A stretch of 64,000 nucleotides of DNA from Eledone cirrhosa. Its lineage: Eukaryota. Position numbers and translations under genes: made by a program. Below the pieces are notes generated by a model. The model did no database searches and was not told the DNA's origin. It was given only the letters and a program-made list of their open reading frames with translations. Below are positions 12,701 to 26,559 of this stretch, one piece after another. Location of the stretch: assembly GCA_964016885.1 (NCBI GenBank), contig OZ024741.1, positions 250,790,001 to 250,854,000 on the forward strand. Direction: 5' to 3'. Position 1 is the first letter of the stretch. Each line of letters begins with the position of its first letter.

Positions 12701-15700
12701 CGTCCAAAGAGAGATAATTTAAAAAAAAAATCAGGCGGAGATAATTTGTAAAAAAAAATCAGGGGTAGATAATTTGTAAAAAAAATCAGGGGGAGATAAT
12801 TTGTAAAAAAAATCAAGGGGAGATAATTTCCAGCCGTCCAAGGGAAGATAATTTCCAGCCAAGGGGAGATAATTTCCAGCCGTCCAAGGGGAGATAATTT
12901 TTTAAAAAATCAGGTGGCGATAATTTGTAAAAAAAATCAAGGGGAGATAATTTGTAAAAACAAAATCAAGGGCCGATAATTTCCAGCTGTCCAAGGGGAG
13001 ATAATTTCCAGCCGTGCAAGGGAAGATAACTTCCAGCCGTCCAAGGGGAGATAATTTCCCGCCAGCCAAGGGAAGATAATTTTTAAAAAAATCAGGCGTA
13101 GATTGTAAAAAAATCAGGGGGAGATAATTTGTAAAAAAATCAGGGGGAGATAATTTGTAAAAAAAAATCAGGGGGAGATAATTTGTAAAAGAAATCAGGG
13201 GGAGATAATTTGTAAAAAAAAATCAGGGGGAGATAATTTGTAAAAAAATCAGGGGTAGATAATTTGTAAAAAAAATCAGGGGGAGATAATTTGTAAAAAA
13301 AAAATCAGGGGGAGATAATTTGTAAAAAAAATCAAGGGGAGATAATTTGCAGCCGTCCAAGGGGAGATAATTTCCAGCCGTCCAAAGAGAGATAATTTCT
13401 AGCCGTCCAAGGGGAGATAATTTCCAGCCGTCCAAGGGGAGATAATTTCCAGCCGTCCAAGGGGAGATAATTTTTAAAAACATCAGGTGGAGATAATTTG
13501 TAAAAAAATCAGGGGGAGATAATTTGTAAAAACAAAATCAAGGGCAGATAATTTCCAGCCGTCCAAGGGGAGATAATTTCCCGCCAGCCAAGGGAAGATA
13601 ATTTTTAAAAAAATCAGGCGGAGATAATTTGAAAAAAAAATCAGGGGGAGATAATTTGTAAAAAAATCAGGGGGAGATAATTTGTAAAAAAAAAATCAGG
13701 GGGAGATAATTTTTTAAAAAAATCAGGGGGAGATAATTTGTAAAAAAAAATCAAGGGGAGATAATTTCCAGCCGTCCAAGGAGAGATAATTTAAAAAAAA
13801 ATTCAGGCGGAGATAATTTGTAACAAAAAATCGGGCAGATAATTTGTAAAAAAAATCAGGAGGAGATAATTTGTAAAAAAAATCAAGGGGAGATAATTTC
13901 CAGCCGTCCAAGGGAAGATAATTTCCGGCCAAGGGGAGATAATTTCCAGCCGTCCAAGGGGAGATAATTTTTTAAAAAATCAGGTGGAGATAATTTGTAA
14001 AAAACATCAGGGGGAGATAATTTGTAAAAACAAAATCAAGGGCAGATAATTTCCAGCTGTCCAAGGGGAGATAATTTCCAGCCGTGCAAGGGAAGATAAT
14101 TTCCAGCCGTCCAAGGGGAGATAATTTCCCGCCAGCCAAGGGAAGATAATTTTAAAAAAAATCAGGCGGAGATTGTAAAAAAATCAGGGGGAGATAATTT
14201 GTAAAAAAATCAGGAGGAGATAATTTGTAAAAAAAAATCAGGGGGAGATAATTTGTAAAAAAAATCAGGGGGAGATAATTTGTAAAAAAAAATCAGGGGG
14301 AGATAATTTGTAAAAAAATCAGGGGTAGATAATTTGTAAAAAAAAATCAGGGGGAGATAATTTGTAAAAAAAAATCAGGGGGAGATAATTTGTAAAAAAA
14401 ATCAAGGGGAGATAATTTGCAGCCGTCCAAGGGGAGATAATTTCCAGCCGTCCAAAGAGAGATAATTTCTAGACGTCCAAGGGGAGATAATTTCCAGCCG
14501 TCCAAGGGGAGATAATTTCCAGCCGTCCAAGGGGAGATAATTTTTTAAAATATCAGGTGGAGATAATTTGTAAAAAAATCAGGGGGAGATAATTTGTAAA
14601 AACAAAATCAAGGGCAGATAATTTCCAGCCGTCCAAGGGGAGATAATTTCCCGCCAGCCAAGGGAAGATAATTTTTAAAAAAATCAGACGGAGATAATTT
14701 GTAGAAAAATCAGGGGGAGATAATTTCCAGCCGTCCAAGGGGAGATAATTTTCAGCCGTGCAAGGAGAGGTAATTTCTAGAGGTCCAAGGGGAGATAATT
14801 TCCAGCCGTGCAAGGGGAGATAATTTCCAGCCGTCCAAAGAGAGATAATTTCTAGCCGTCCAAGGGGAGATAATTTCCAGCCGTCCAAGGGGAGATAATT
14901 TCCAGCCCTACAAGCAGCTATAATTTCCAGCCGTCCAAAGGGAGATAATTTCCAGCCAGCGAAGGGGAGATAATTTATTTTTAAATTAGGGGGAGATTTG
15001 TAAAAAAAATCAGGGGGAGATAATTTGTAAAAAAAATCAAGGGGAAATAATTTCCAGCCGTCCAAGGGGAGATAATTTCCAGCCGTTCAAGGGGAGATAA
15101 TTTCCAGCCGTCCAAGGGGAGATAATTTTTTTAAAAAAATCAGGCGGAGATAATTTGTAAAAAAAAAATCAGGGGGCGATAATTTGTAAAAAAAAATCGG
15201 GGAGATAATTTGTAAAAAAAAATCAGGGGGAGATAATATGTAAAAAAAATCAAGGGGAGATAATTTCCAGCCGTCCGAGGGAAGATAATTTCCAGCCCTC
15301 CAAGGGGCTATAATTTCCAGCGTCCAAGGGGAGATAATTTCCAGCCAGCGAAAGGGAGATTATTTTTTTTTAAAAATCACTGGGAGATTTGTAAAAAAAA
15401 TCAGGGGGAGATAATTTGTAAAAAAAATCAAGGGGAGATAATTTCCAGCCGTCCAAAGAGAGATAATTTCTAGCCGTCCAAGGGGAGATAATTTCCAGCC
15501 GTGCAAGGGGAGATAATTTCCAGCCGTCCAAGGGGAGATAATTTCCATCCTTCCAAGGGGAGATAATTTCCAGCCGTCCAAGGGGAGATTATTTCCCGCC
15601 AGCCAAGGGAAGATAATATTTAAAAAAATCAGGCGGAGATAATTTGTAAAATAAATCAGGGGGAGATAATTTGTAAAAAAATCAGGGGGAGATAATTTGT

Positions 15701-16940
15701 AAAAAAATCAGGGGGAGATAATTTGTAAAAAAAAATCAGGGGTAGATAATATGTAAAATAAGATCAGGGGGAGATAATTTGTAAAAAAAAAATCAGGGGG
15801 AGATAATTTGTAAAAAAAATCAAGGGGAGATAATTTTCAGCCGTCCAAGGAGAGGTAATTTCTAGCCGTCCAAGGGGAGATAATTTCCAGCCGTCCAAGG
15901 GGAGATAATTTCCAGCCGTCCAAGGGGAGATAATTTTTTAAAAAAAATCAGGCGGAGATGATTTGTAAAAAAAAAATCAGGGGGAGATAATTTGTAAAAA
16001 AAAATCAGGGGGAGATAATTTGTAAAAAAAATCAAGGGGAGATAATTTCCAGCCGTCCAAGGGAAGATAATTTCCAGCCTCCAAGGGGCTATAATTTCCA
16101 GCGTCCAAGGGGAGATAATTTCCAGCCAGCGAAGGGGAGATAATTTTTTTAAAAAAATCACTGGGAGATTTGTAAAAAAAATCAGGGGGAGATAATTTGT
16201 AAAAAGAATCAAGGGTAGATAATTTCCAGCCGTCCAAAGAGAGATAATTTCTAGCCGTCCAAGGGGAGATAATTTCCAGCCAAGGGGAGATAATTTCCAG
16301 CCGTCCAAGGGGAGATAATTTTTTTAAATATCAGGTGGAGATAATTTGTAAAAAAAATCAGGGGGAGATAATTTGTAAAAACAAAATCAAGGGCAGATAA
16401 TTTCCAGCCGTCCAAGGGGAGATAATTTCCAGCCGTGCAAGGGGAGATAATTTGTAAAAAAAATCAGGGGGAGATAATTTCCAGCCGTCCAAGGGGAGAT
16501 AATTTTCAGCCGTCCAAGGAGAGGTAATTTCTAGCCGTCCAAGGGGAGATAATTTCCAGCCGTGCAAGGGGAGATAATTTCCAGCCGTCCAAGGGGAGAT
16601 AATTTCCATCCTTCCAAGGGGAGATAATTTCCAGCCGTCCAAGGGGAGATAATTTCCAGCCAGCGAAGGGGAGATAATTTTTTTTTTTAAATCAGGGGTA
16701 GATTGGTAAAAAAAAATCAGGGGGAGATAATTTGTAAAAAAATCAAGGGGAGATAATTTCCAGCCGTCGAAGGAGAGATAATTTATAGCCGTCCAAGGGG
16801 AGATAATTTCCAGCAAGCCAAGGGAGATAATTTTTTAAAAAAATCAGGCGGAGATGATTTGTAAAAAAAATCAGGTGGAGATAATTTGTTAAAAAAAATC
16901 AGGGGGCGATAATTTCCAGCCGTCCAAGGGGAGATAATTT
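740..16940 (+). repeat. Near-tandem duplication with 8.3-8.6 kb period: ~740-8335 matches ~9075-16940, separated by a ~740-bp segment
   Basis: ORF-track offsets are 8338 (1279/9617), 8291 (3316/11607) and 8605 (4618/13223, 5948/14553, 7753/16358). Rare variants are shared in the same order. Confidence 0.92.
8336..9090 (+). repeat. Segment closely matching ~25755-26510
   Basis: The translated ORFs at 8468-8935 and 25886-26353 are identical (offset 17418). Both carry the rare variants GTCCCAGGGG and TTTGTTTAAAAAAATC. Confidence 0.82.
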
Positions 16941-19900
16941 TCAGCCGTCCAAGGAGAGGTAATTTCTAGCCGTTCAAGGGGAGATAATTTCCAGCCGTCC
17001 AAGGGGAGATAATTTCCAGCCGTCCAAGGGGAGATAATTTTTTAAAAAAATCAGGCGGAGCTAATTTGTAAAAAAATAATCAGGGGCAGATAATTTGTAA
17101 AAAAAAATCAGGGGGAGATAATTTGTATACAAAATCAAGGGGAGATAATTTCCAGCCGTCCAAGGCGAGATAATTTCTAGCCGTCCAAGGGAAGATAATT
17201 TACAGCTGTCCAAGGAGAGGTAATTTCTAGGCGTCCAAGGGGAGATAATTTCCAGCCGTCCAAGGGGAGATCATTTCCAGCCTGCCAAGGGGAGATAATT
17301 TCCAGGCAGCCAAGGTTAGATATTTGTAAAAAAAAATCAGGGGGAGATAATTAGTAAAAAAAATCAAGGGGAGATAATTTCCAGCCGTCCAAGGGGAGAT
17401 AATTTCCAGCCCTACAAGCAGCTATAATTTCCAGCCGTCCAAAGGGAGATAATTTCCAGCCAGCGAAGGGGAGATAATTTTTTTTTAAATTAGGGGGAGA
17501 TTTGTAAAAAAAATCAGGGGGAGATAATTTGTAAAAATAATCAAGGGGAAATAATTTCCAGCCGTCCAAGGGGAGATAATTTCCAGCCGTCCAAGGGGAG
17601 ATAATTTCCAGCCGTCCAAGGAGAGGTAATTTCTAGCCGTCCAAGGGGAGATAATTTCCAGCCGTCCAAGGGGAGATAATTTCCAGCCGTCCAAGGGGAG
17701 ATAATTTCCAGCCGTTCAAGGGGAGATAATTTCCAGCCGTCCAAGGAGAGGTAATTTCAAGCCGTCCAAGGGGAGATAATTTCCAGCCGTCCAAGGGGAG
17801 ATAAATTCCAGCCTCCAAGGGGAGATAATTTCCAGCCAGCCAAGGGGAGATAATTTGTAAAAAAATCAGGGGGAGATAATTTGTAAAAAAAATCAGGGGG
17901 AGATAATTTGTAAAAAAAAAATCAGGGGAGATAATTTGTAAAAAAAAATCAGGGGGAGATAATTTGTAAAAAAAATCAAGGGGAGATAATTTCCAGCCGT
18001 CCAAGGGGAGGTAATTTTCAGCCGTCCAAGGAGAGGTAATTTCTAGCCGTCCAAGGGGAGATAATTTCCAGCCGTCCAAGAGGAGATAATTTCCAGCCGT
18101 CCAAGGGGAGATAATTTTTTAAAAAAAATCAGGCGGAGATAATTTGTAAAAAAAAAATCAGGGGAGATAATTTGTAAAAAAAAATCGGGGAGATAATTTG
18201 TAAAAAAAAATCAGGGGGAGATAATATGTAAAAAAAATCAAGGGGAGATAATTTCCAGCCGTCCAAGGGAAGATAATTTCCAGCCCTCCAAGGGGCTATA
18301 ATTTCTAGCGTCCAAGGGGAGATAATTTCCAGCCAGCGAAAAGGAGATAATTTTTTTTAAAAAATCACTGGGAGATTTGTAAAAAAAATCAGGGGGAGAT
18401 AATTTGTAAAAAAATCAAGGGGAGATAATTTCCAGCCGTCCAAAGAGAGATAATTTCTAGCCGTCCAAGGGGAGATAATTTCCAGCCAAGGGGAGATAAT
18501 TTCCAGCCGTCCAAGGGGAGATAATTTCCAGCCGTGCAAGGGGAGATAATTTCCAGCCGTCCAAGGGGAGATAATTTCCATCCTTCCAAGGGGAGATAAT
18601 TTCCAGCCGTCCAAGGGGAGATTATTTCCCGCCAGCCAAGGGAAGATAATATTTAAAAAAATCAGGCGGATATAATTTGTAAAATAAATTAGGGGGAGAT
18701 AATTTTAAAAAAATCAGGGGGAGATAATTTGTAAAAAAAATCAAGGGGAGATAATTTCCAGCCAGCGAAGGGGAGATAATTTTTTAAAAAAAATCACTGG
18801 GAGATTTGTAAAACAAATCAGGGGGAGATAATTTGTAAAAAAAATCAAGGGGAGATAATTTCCAGCCGTCCAAAGAGAGATAATTTCTAGCCGTCCAAGG
18901 GGAGATAATTTCCAGCCAAGGGGAGATAATTTCCAGCCGTCCAAGGGGAGATAATTTTTTAAAAAATCAGGTGGAGATAATTTGTAAAAAAAATCAGGGG
19001 AAGATAATTTGTAAAAACAAAATCAAGGGCAGATAATTTCCAGCCGTCCAAGGGGAGATAATTTCCAGCAGTGCAAGGGGAGATAATTTCCAGCCGTCCA
19101 AGGAGAGATAATTTCCATCCTTCCTAGGGGAGATAATTTCCAGCCGTCTAAGGGGAGATAATATTTAAAAAAATCAGGCGGAGATAATTTGTAAAAAAAA
19201 TCAGGGGGAGATAATTTGTAAAAAAAAAATCAGGAGGAGATAATTTGTAAAAAAAATCAGGGGGAGATAATTTGTAAAAAAAAATCAGGGGTAGATAATT
19301 TGTAAAAAAAAATCAGGGGGAGATAATTTGTAAAAAAAAATCAAGGGGAGATAATTTTCAGCCGTCCAAGGGGAGATAATTTTCAGCCGTCCAAGGAGAG
19401 GTAATTTCTAGCCGTCCAAGGGGAGATAATTTCCAGCCGTCCAAGGGGAGATAATTTCCAGCCGTCCAAGGGGAGATAATTTTTAAAAAAAATCAAGCGG
19501 AGATAATTTGTAAAAAAAAAATCAGTGGGAGATAATTTGTAAAAAAAAAATCGGGGGGAGATAATTTGTAAAAAAAATCAAGGGGAGATAATTTCTAGCC
19601 GTCCAAGGGAAGATAATTTCCAGCCCTCCAAGGGAAGATAACTTCCAGCCCTCCAAGGGGCTATAATTTCCAGCGTCCAAGGGGAGATAATTTCCAGCCA
19701 GCGAAGGGGAGATAATTTTTTTTTAAAAATCACTGGGAGATTTGTAAAAAAAATCAGGGGGAGATAATTTGTAAAAAAATCAAGGGGAGATAATTTCCAG
19801 CCGTCCAAAGAGAGATAATTTCTAGCCGTCCAAGGGGAGATAATTTCCAGCCAACGGGAGATAATTTCCAGCCGTCCAAGGAGAGATAATTTTTTAAAAA

Positions 19901-22900
19901 ATCAGGTGGAGATAATTTGTAAAAAAAATCAGGGGAAGATAATTTGTAAAAACAAAATCAAGTGCAGATAATTTCCAGCCGTCCAAGGGGAGATAATTTC
20001 CATCCTTCCAAGGGGAGATAATTTCCAGGCGTCCAAGGGGAGATAATTTCCCGCCAGCCAAGGGAAGATAATATTTAAAAAAATCAGGCGGAGATAATTT
20101 GTAAAAAAAAACGGGGAGATAATTTGTAAAAAAAAATCAGGGGGAGATAATTTGGAAAAAAAAATCAGGCGTAGATAATTTGTAAAAAAAAATCAGGGGT
20201 AGATAATTTGTAAAAAAAAATCAAGGGGAGATAATTTCCAGCCGTCCAAGGGGAGATAATTTTCAGCCATCCAAGGAGAGGTAATTTCTAGCCGTCCAAG
20301 GGGAGATAATTTCCAGCCGTCCAAGGGGAGATAATTTCCAGCCGTCCAAGGGGAGATAATTTTAAAAAAAAATCAGGCGGAGATAATTTGTAAAAAAAAA
20401 ATCAGGGGGAGATAATTTGTAAAAAAAAATCAGGGGTAGATAATTTGTAAAAAAAATCAAGGGGAGATAATTTCCAGCCATCCAAGGGAAGATAATTTCC
20501 AGCCCTCCAAGGAAAGATAACTTCCAGCCCTCCAAGGGGCTATAATTTCCAGCGTCCAAGGGGAGATAATTTCCAGCCAGCGAAGGGGAGATAATTTTTT
20601 TAAAAAAATCACTGGGAGATTTGTAAAAAAAATCAGGGGTAGATAATTTGTAAAAAAAAATCAGGGGGAGATAATTTGTAAAAAAAATCAGGGGGAGATA
20701 ATTTGTAAAAAATCAAGGGGAGATAATTTCCAGCCCTCCAAGGGGAGATAATTTTCAGCCATCCAAGGAGAGGTAATTTCTAGCCGTTCAAGGGGAGATA
20801 ATTTCCAGCCGTCCAAGGGGAGATAATTTCCAGCCGTCCAAGGGGAGATAATTTTTAAAAAAAATCAGGCGGAGCTAATTTGTAAAAAAATAATCAGGGG
20901 CAGATAATTTGTAAAAAAATATCAGGGGGAGATAATTTGTATACAAAATCAAGGGGAGATAATTTCCAGCCGTCCAAGGCGAGATAATTTCCAGCCGTCC
21001 AAGGGGAGATAATTTACAGCTGTCCAAGTAGAGGTAATTTCTAGGCGTCCAAGGGGAGATAATTTCCAGCCGTCCAAGGGGAGATAATTTCCAGCCAGCC
21101 AAGGGGAGATAATTTCCAGCCAGCCAAGGGGAGATATTTGTAAAAAAAATCAGGCAGAGATAATTTGTAAAAAAAAATCAGGGGTAGATAATTTGTAGAA
21201 GACATAAAGGGGAGATAATTTCCAGCCGTCCAAGGGGAGAAAATTTCCATCCAGCCAAGGGGAGATAATTTAAAAAAAAAAATCAGGCGGAGATAATATG
21301 TAAAAAAAAATCAGGGGGAGATAATTAGTATAAAAAATCAAGGGGAGATAATTTCCAGCCGTCCAAGGGGAGATAATTTCCAGCCCTACAAGCAGCTATA
21401 ATTTCCAGCCGTCCAAAGGGAGATAATTTCCAGCCAGGGAAGGGGAGATAATTTTTTTTTAAATTAGGGGGAGATTTGTAAAAAAAATCAGGGGGAGATA
21501 ATTTGTAAAAAAAATCAAGGGGAAATAATTTCCAGCCGTCCAAGGGGAGATAATTTCCAGCCGTCCAAGGGGAGATAATTTCCAGCCGTCCAAGGAGAGG
21601 TAATTTCTAGCCGTCCAAGGGGAGATAATTTCCAGCCGTCCAAGGGGAGATCATTTCCAGCCGTCCAAGGGGAGATAATTTCCAGCCGTTCAAGGGGAGA
21701 TAATTTCCAGCCGTCCAAGGAGAGGTAATTTCTAGCCGTCCAAGGGGAGATAATTTCCAGCCGTCCAAGGGGAGATAAATTCCAGCCTCCAAGGGGAGAT
21801 AATTTCCAGCCAGCCAAGGGGAGATAATTTGTAAAAGAATCAGGGGGAGATAATTTGTAAAAAAAAATCAGGGGGAGATAATTTGTAAAAAAAAAATCAG
21901 GGGGAGATAATTTGTAAAAAAAATCAGGGGGAGATAATTTGTAAAAAAATCAAGGGGAGATATTTTCCAGCCGTCCAAGGGGAGATAATTTTCAGCCGTC
22001 CAAGGAGAAGTAATTTCTAGCCGTCCAAGGGGAGATAATTTCCAGCCGTCCAAGGGGAGATAATTTCCAGCCGTCCAAGGGGAGATAATTTTTTTTTAAA
22101 AATCAGGCGGAGATAATTTGTAAAAAAAAAATCAGGGGGAGATAATTTGTAAAAAAAAATCGGGGAGATAATTTGTAAAAAAAAATCAGGGGGAGATAAT
22201 ATGTAAAAAAATCAAGGGGAGATAATTTCCAGCCGTCCAAGGGAAGATAATTTCCAGCCCTCCAAGGGGCTATAATTTTCAGCGTCCAAGGGGAGATAAT
22301 TTCCAGCCAGCGAAAGGGAGATAATTTTTTTTTAAAAATCACTGGGAGATTTGTAAAAAAAATCAGGGGGAGATAATTTGTAAAAAAAATCAAGGGGAGA
22401 TAATTTCCAGCCGTCCAAAGAGAGATAATTTCTAGCCGTCCAAGGGGAGATAATTTCCAGCCGTGCAAGGGGAGATCATTTCCAGCCGTCCAAGGGGAGA
22501 TAATTTCCATCCTTCCAAGGGGAGATAATTTCCAGCCGTCCAAGGGGAGATTATTTCCAAGGAAAGATAATATTTAAAAAAATCAGGCGGAGATAATTTG
22601 TAAAATAAATCAGGGGGAGATAATTTGTAAAAAAAAAATCAGGGGGAGATAATTTGTAAAAAAGTCAGGGAGATAATTTGTAAAAAAAAATCAGGGGTAG
22701 ATAATATGTAAAATAAAATCAGGGGGAGATAATTTGTAAAAAAAAAATCAGGGGGAGATAATTTGTAAAAAAAATCAAGGGGAGATAATTTTCAGCCGTC
22801 CAAGGAGAGGTAATTTCTAGCCGTCCAAGGGGAGATCATTTCCAGCCGTCCAAGGGGAGATAATTTCCAGCCGTCCAAGGGGAGATCATTTTTAAAAAAA

Positions 22901-25900
22901 AATCAGGCGGAGATAATTTGTAAAAAAAAAATCAGGGGGAGATAATTTGTAAAAAAAAATCAGGGGGAGATAATTTGTAAAAAAAAATCAAGGGGAGATA
23001 ATTTCCAGCCGTCCAAGGGGAGATAATTTCCAGCCAGCGAAGGGGAGATAATTTTTTTAAAAAAATCACTGGTAGATTTGTAAAAAAAATCAGGGGGAGA
23101 TAATTTGTAAAAAGAATCAAGGGGAGATAATTTCCAGCCGTCCAAAGAGAGATAATTTCTAGCCGTCCAAGGGGAGATAATTTCCAGCCAAGGGGAGATA
23201 ATTTCCAGCCGTCCAAGCGGAGATAATTTTTTAAAATATCAGGTGGAGATAATTTGTAAAAAAAATCAGGGGGAGATAATTTGTAAAAGCAAAATCAAGG
23301 GCAGATAATTTCCAGCCGTCCAAGGGGAGATAATTTCCAGCCGTGCAAGGGGAGATAATTTGTAAAAAAAATCAGGGGAAGATAATTTCCAGCCGTCCAA
23401 GGGGAGATAATTCCATCCTTCCAAGGGGAGATAATTTCCAGCCGTCCAAGGGGAGATAATTTCCATCCAGCCAAGGGGAGATAATTTTAAAAAAATCAGG
23501 CGGAGATAATTTGTAAAAAAAAAAATCAGGGGGAGATAATTTGTAAAAAAATCAGGGGTAGATAATTTGTAAAAAAAATCAAGGGGAGATAATTTCCAGC
23601 CGTCCAAGGGGAGATAATTTCCAGCCAGCGAAGGGGAGATAATTTTTTTTTTTAAATCAGGGGTAGATTGGTAAAAAAAATCAGGGGGAGATAATTTGTA
23701 AAAAAATCAAGGGGAGATAATTTCCAGCCGTCGAAGGAGAGATAATTTATAGCCGTCCAAGGGGAGATAATTTCCAGCAAGCCAAGGGAGATAATATTTT
23801 AAAAAAATCAGGCGGAGATGATTTGTAAAAAAAATCAGGGGGCGATAATTTCCAGCCGTCCAAGGGGAGATAATTTTTTTTTTAAATCAGGGGAGATAAT
23901 TTGTAAAAAAAATCAGGGGGAGATAATTTGTGAAAAAAATCAGGGGGAGATAATTTGAAAAAAAAAATCAGGGGGAGCTAATTTGTAAAAAAATATCAGG
24001 GGGAGATAATTTCCAGCCAGCCAAGGGGAGATATTTGTAAAAAAAAATCAGGGAGAGATAATTTGTAAAAAAAAAATCAGGGGTAGATAATTTGTAGAAG
24101 AAATCAAGGGGAGATAATTTCCAGCCGTCCAAGGGGAGATAATTTCCATCCAGCCAAGGGGAGATAATTTTTTTTTTTAAAATCAGGCGGAGATAATTTG
24201 TAAAAAAAAATCAGGGTGAGATACTTAGTAAAAAAAATCAAGGGGAGATAATTTCCAGCCGTCCAAGGGGAGATAATTTCCAGCCCTACAAGCGGCTATA
24301 ATTTCCAGCCGTCCAAAGGAAGATAATTTCCAGCCAGCGAAGGGGAGATAATTTTTTTTTTAATTAGGTGGAGATTTGTAAAAAAAAATCAGGGGGAGAT
24401 AATTTGTAAAAAAAATCAAGGGGAAATAATTTCCAGCCGTCCAAGGGGAGATAATTTCCAGCCGTCCAAGGGCAGATAATTTCCAGCCGTCCAAGGAGAG
24501 GTAATATCTAGCCGTCCAAGGGGAGATAATTTCCAGCCGTCCAAGGGGAGATAATTTCCAGCCGTCCAAGGGGAGATAATTTCCAGCCGTCCAAGGAGAC
24601 ATAATTTCCAGCCGTCCAAGGAGAGGTAATTTCTAGCCGTCCAAGGGGAGATAAATTCCAGCCTCCAAGGGGAGATAATTTCCAGCCAGCCAAGGGGATA
24701 TAATTTGTAAAAAAAATCAGGGGGAGATAATTTGTAAAAAAAAATCAGGGGGAGATAATTTGTAAAAAAAATCAGGGGGAGATAATTTGTAAAAAAAAAT
24801 CAGGGGGAGATAATTTGTAAAAAAATCAAGGGGAGATATTTTCCAGCCGTCCAAGGGGAGATAATTTTCAGCCGTCCAAGGAGAGGTAATTTCTAGCCGT
24901 CCAAGGGGAGATAATTTCCAGCCGTCCAAGGGGAGATAATTTCCAGCCGTCCGAGGGGAGATAATTTTTAAAAAAAATCAGGCGGAGATAATTTGTAAAA
25001 AAAAAATCAGGGGGAGATAATTTGTAAAAAAAAATCGGGGAGATAATTTGTAAAAACAAATCAGGGGGAGATAATATGTAAAAAAATCAAGGGGAGATAA
25101 TTTCCAGCCGTCCAAGGGGAGATTATTTCCAAGGGAAGATAATATTTAAAAAATTCAGGTGGAGATAATTTGTAAAATAAATCAGGGGGAGATAATTTGT
25201 AAAAAAAAAATCAGGGGGAGATAATTTGTAAAAAAGTCAGGGAGATAATTTGTAAAAAAAAATCAGGGGTAGATAATATTTAAAATAAAATCAGGGGGAG
25301 ATAATTTGTAAAAAAAAAAATCAGGGGGAGATAATTTGTAAAAAAAATCAAGGGGAGATAATTTTCAGCCGTCCAAGGAGAGGTAATTTCTAGCCGTCCA
25401 AGGGGAGATCATTTCCAGTCGTCCAAGGGGAGATAATTTCCAGCCGTCCAAGGGGAGATCATTTTTTAAAAAAAATCAGGCGGAGATAATTTGTAAAAAA
25501 AAAATCAGGGGGAGATAATTTGTAAAAAAAAATCAGGGGGAGATAATTTGTAAAAAAAATCAAGGGGAGATAATTTCCAGCCGTCCAAGGGAAGATAATT
25601 TCCAGCCTCCAAGGGGCTATAATTTCCAGCGTCCAAGGGGAGATAATTTCCAGCCAGCGAAGGGGAGATAATTTTTTTTTAAAAATCACTGGTAGATTTG
25701 TAAAAAAAATCAGGGGGAGATAATTTGTAAAAAGAATCAAGGGGAGATAATTTCCAGCCGTCCAAAGAGAGATAATTTCTAGCCGTCCAAGGGGAGATAA
25801 TTTCCAGCCAAGGGGAGATAATTTCCAGCCGTCCAAGGGGAGATAATTTTTTAAAATATCAGGTGGAGATAATTTGTAAAAAAAATCAGGGGGAGATAAT

Positions 25901-26559
25901 TTGTAAAAACAAAATCAAGGGCAGATAATTTCCAGCCGTCCAAGGGGAGATAATTTCCATCCTTCCAAGGGGAGATAATTTCCAGCCGTCCAAGGGGAGA
26001 TAATTTCCATCCAGCCAAGGGGAGATAATTTTAAAAAAATCAGGCGGAGATAATTTGTAAAAAAAAAAATCAGGGGGAGATAATTTGTAAAAAAAAATCA
26101 GGGGGAGATAATTTGTAAAAAAATCAGGGGTAGATAATTTGTAAAAAAAATCAAGGGGAGATAATTTCCAGCCGTCCCAGGGGAGATAATTTCCAGCCAG
26201 CGAAGGGGAGATAATTTTTTTTTTTAAATCAGGGGTAGATTGGTAAAAAAAAATCAGGGGGAGATAATTTGTAAAAAAATCAAGAGGAGATAATTTCCAG
26301 CCGTCGAAGGAGAGATAATTTATAGCCGTCCAAGGGGAGATAATTTCCAGCAAGCCAAGGGAGATAATATTTTAAAAAAATCAGGCGGAGATGATTTGTA
26401 AAAAAAATCAGGTGGAGATAATTTGTTTAAAAAAATCAGGGGGCGATAATTTCCAGCCGTCCAAGGGGAGATAATTTTTTTTTTTAAATCAGGGGAGATA
26501 ATTTGTAAAAAAAATCAGGGGGAGATAATTTGAGAAAAAAATCAGGGGGAGATAATTTG

